Shown in pieces: positions 60,588-61,373 of a DNA stretch of 61,373 bases. Origin of the DNA: Candidatus Poseidoniaceae archaeon (GTDB lineage Archaea > Thermoplasmatota > Poseidoniia > Poseidoniales > Poseidoniaceae); NCBI GenBank assembly GCA_045568475.1, contig JBJLAY010000040.1, positions 1 through 61,373 on the forward strand, written 5' to 3'. Each line of letters begins with the position of its first letter. Position 1 is the first letter of the stretch. A program made the position numbers and the translations under genes. The notes beneath the pieces are model-generated. The model did no database searches. It saw only the letters and a list, made by a program, of their open reading frames with translations, and was not told the DNA's origin.

Positions 60588-61244
60588 ATGCAGAGTACGT
60601 GTGGCCGGTGTGGGAAAACCGGGCATACAAGCAAACAATGTTACTACAATAACAGAGCTCGGCAAAAGAAGAAGGAATTTCGAGTCTGTTCCTTATGCAA
60701 AGAAGGAGGGCACAACTCTAGGACCTGTAGGCTAACCAACCCTGCTAAAGCCACGACCAGAGAGGAGAGACTCTCTGCAAGGAGATGTTCATACTGTGGA
60801 GTAAAAGGCCACAATGCCAGAACATGTCCAGTCAAAAACCCGGGAAATCAAAAAATTTCTGCAAGAGATAACAGACGTAGATGCTCACATTGTAGTAAGC
60901 CGGGCCACAATTCGAGAACTTGTCCTATACTGAATCCAGGAAAGGCCCTCAAAATTAGCAAAAAAGGTTGGCGGCATTGCACTAATTGCGGCAAGGTTGG
61001 CCATAACTCCCGTACATGTCCTGACCTGTACCCTGAAAAGAATAGGATTTCTAACTTGAGATCTAAAGGGAACAGATTGTGTACGCACTGCTACAATCCA
61101 GGCCATAACCGTAGAACATGTCCTGAAGTAAATCCATCCGCAGCTAAATTACGGCTACAAAGAAAATCTAGCAATAAGGCACTACGTAGGTGTAGCATTT
61201 GCAATAGCATGGAGCATAATGCTCGCACTTGTAATCAAAGATGA
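60588..61244 (+). CDS. Basic protein with seven CCHC (CX2CX4HX4C) zinc knuckles
   Basis: CGRCGKTGHTSKQC, CSLCKEGGHNSRTC, CSYCGVKGHNARTC, CSHCSKPGHNSRTC, CTNCGKVGHNSRTC, CTHCYNPGHNRRTC, CSICNSMEHNARTC. Most are followed by P-x-x-NP. The start is taken at ATG 60588 (track TTG 60573). Confidence 0.7.
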   Translation: MQSTCGRCGKTGHTSKQCYYNNRARQKKKEFRVCSLCKEGGHNSRTCRLTNPAKATTREERLSARRCSYCGVKGHNARTCPVKNPGNQKISARDNRRRCSHCSKPGHNSRTCPILNPGKALKISKKGWRHCTNCGKVGHNSRTCPDLYPEKNRISNLRSKGNRLCTHCYNPGHNRRTCPEVNPSAAKLRLQRKSSNKALRRCSICNSMEHNARTCNQR

Positions 61245-61373
61245 TTACTGGCCTTCGAAACTAGGAACTCTTCGCTCGACATATGCAGCGATTCCTTCCT
61301 TAGCGTCACTACTACCGAATAGAGCAGCCTGTAGTTCACGCTCAAGTGCCAAGTGGTACTCGAATGGAATCTC
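61245..61373 (-). CDS. Enoyl-CoA hydratase/isomerase (crotonase) family protein, C-terminal fragment (N-terminus outside the window)
   Basis: My own translation of the minus strand gives ...EIPFEYHLALERELQAALFGSSDAKEGIAAYVERRVPSFEGQ*. The EGIxAFxEKRxPxF ending is typical of crotonases. Confidence 0.6.
   Translation of the reverse strand, partial: EIPFEYHLALERELQAALFGSSDAKEGIAAYVERRVPSFEGQ

Overview
A 61.4-kb, gene-dense chromosomal fragment with about 47 CDS, 1 tRNA and 1 candidate structured RNA. I read it as archaeal. It carries transcription factor S, the Nop5-fibrillarin pair, PCNA, Orc1/Cdc6 beside an AT-rich candidate origin, a TBP-like protein and an archaeal-type PPAT/DUF359 CoA module. 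It also has very large secreted or anchored proteins: an S8 protease with 12 Ca-binding repeat modules and a ~1940-aa orphan surface protein. Alongside these are peptidases and many bacterial-looking metabolic genes (IcmF, ABC-F, Fpg, FabI, AccC). That mix fits an uncultured marine planktonic euryarchaeote (MGII/Poseidoniales-like), but this taxonomic guess is inference only. GC looks mid-40s % by eye and was not computed. The stand-out is a tight three-gene minus-strand operon at 23.5-33.7 kb. It encodes a FabI-type enoyl reductase, a 2883-aa KS-AT-(carrier-like)-KS-ACPx3-KR-DH megasynthase and an Sfp-type phosphopantetheinyl transferase. Together these make a self-contained type I FAS/PKS (PUFA-synthase-like) system, in a domain of life usually described as lacking ACP-dependent fatty-acid synthesis. 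All three ACP repeats carry Thr, each with a different codon, where the pantetheinylated Ser should be. Other items worth follow-up: a 7x CCHC zinc-knuckle (CNBP-like) protein; a PPAT-DPCK fusion; a ~290-nt GC-rich non-coding island of unresolved identity; an EF-Tu-like protein with all G motifs degenerate; a TBP-like gene translationally coupled to the giant surface-protein gene; an ABC-F ATPase; and a candidate replication origin. No CRISPR array, transposase, integrase or prophage signal was seen.
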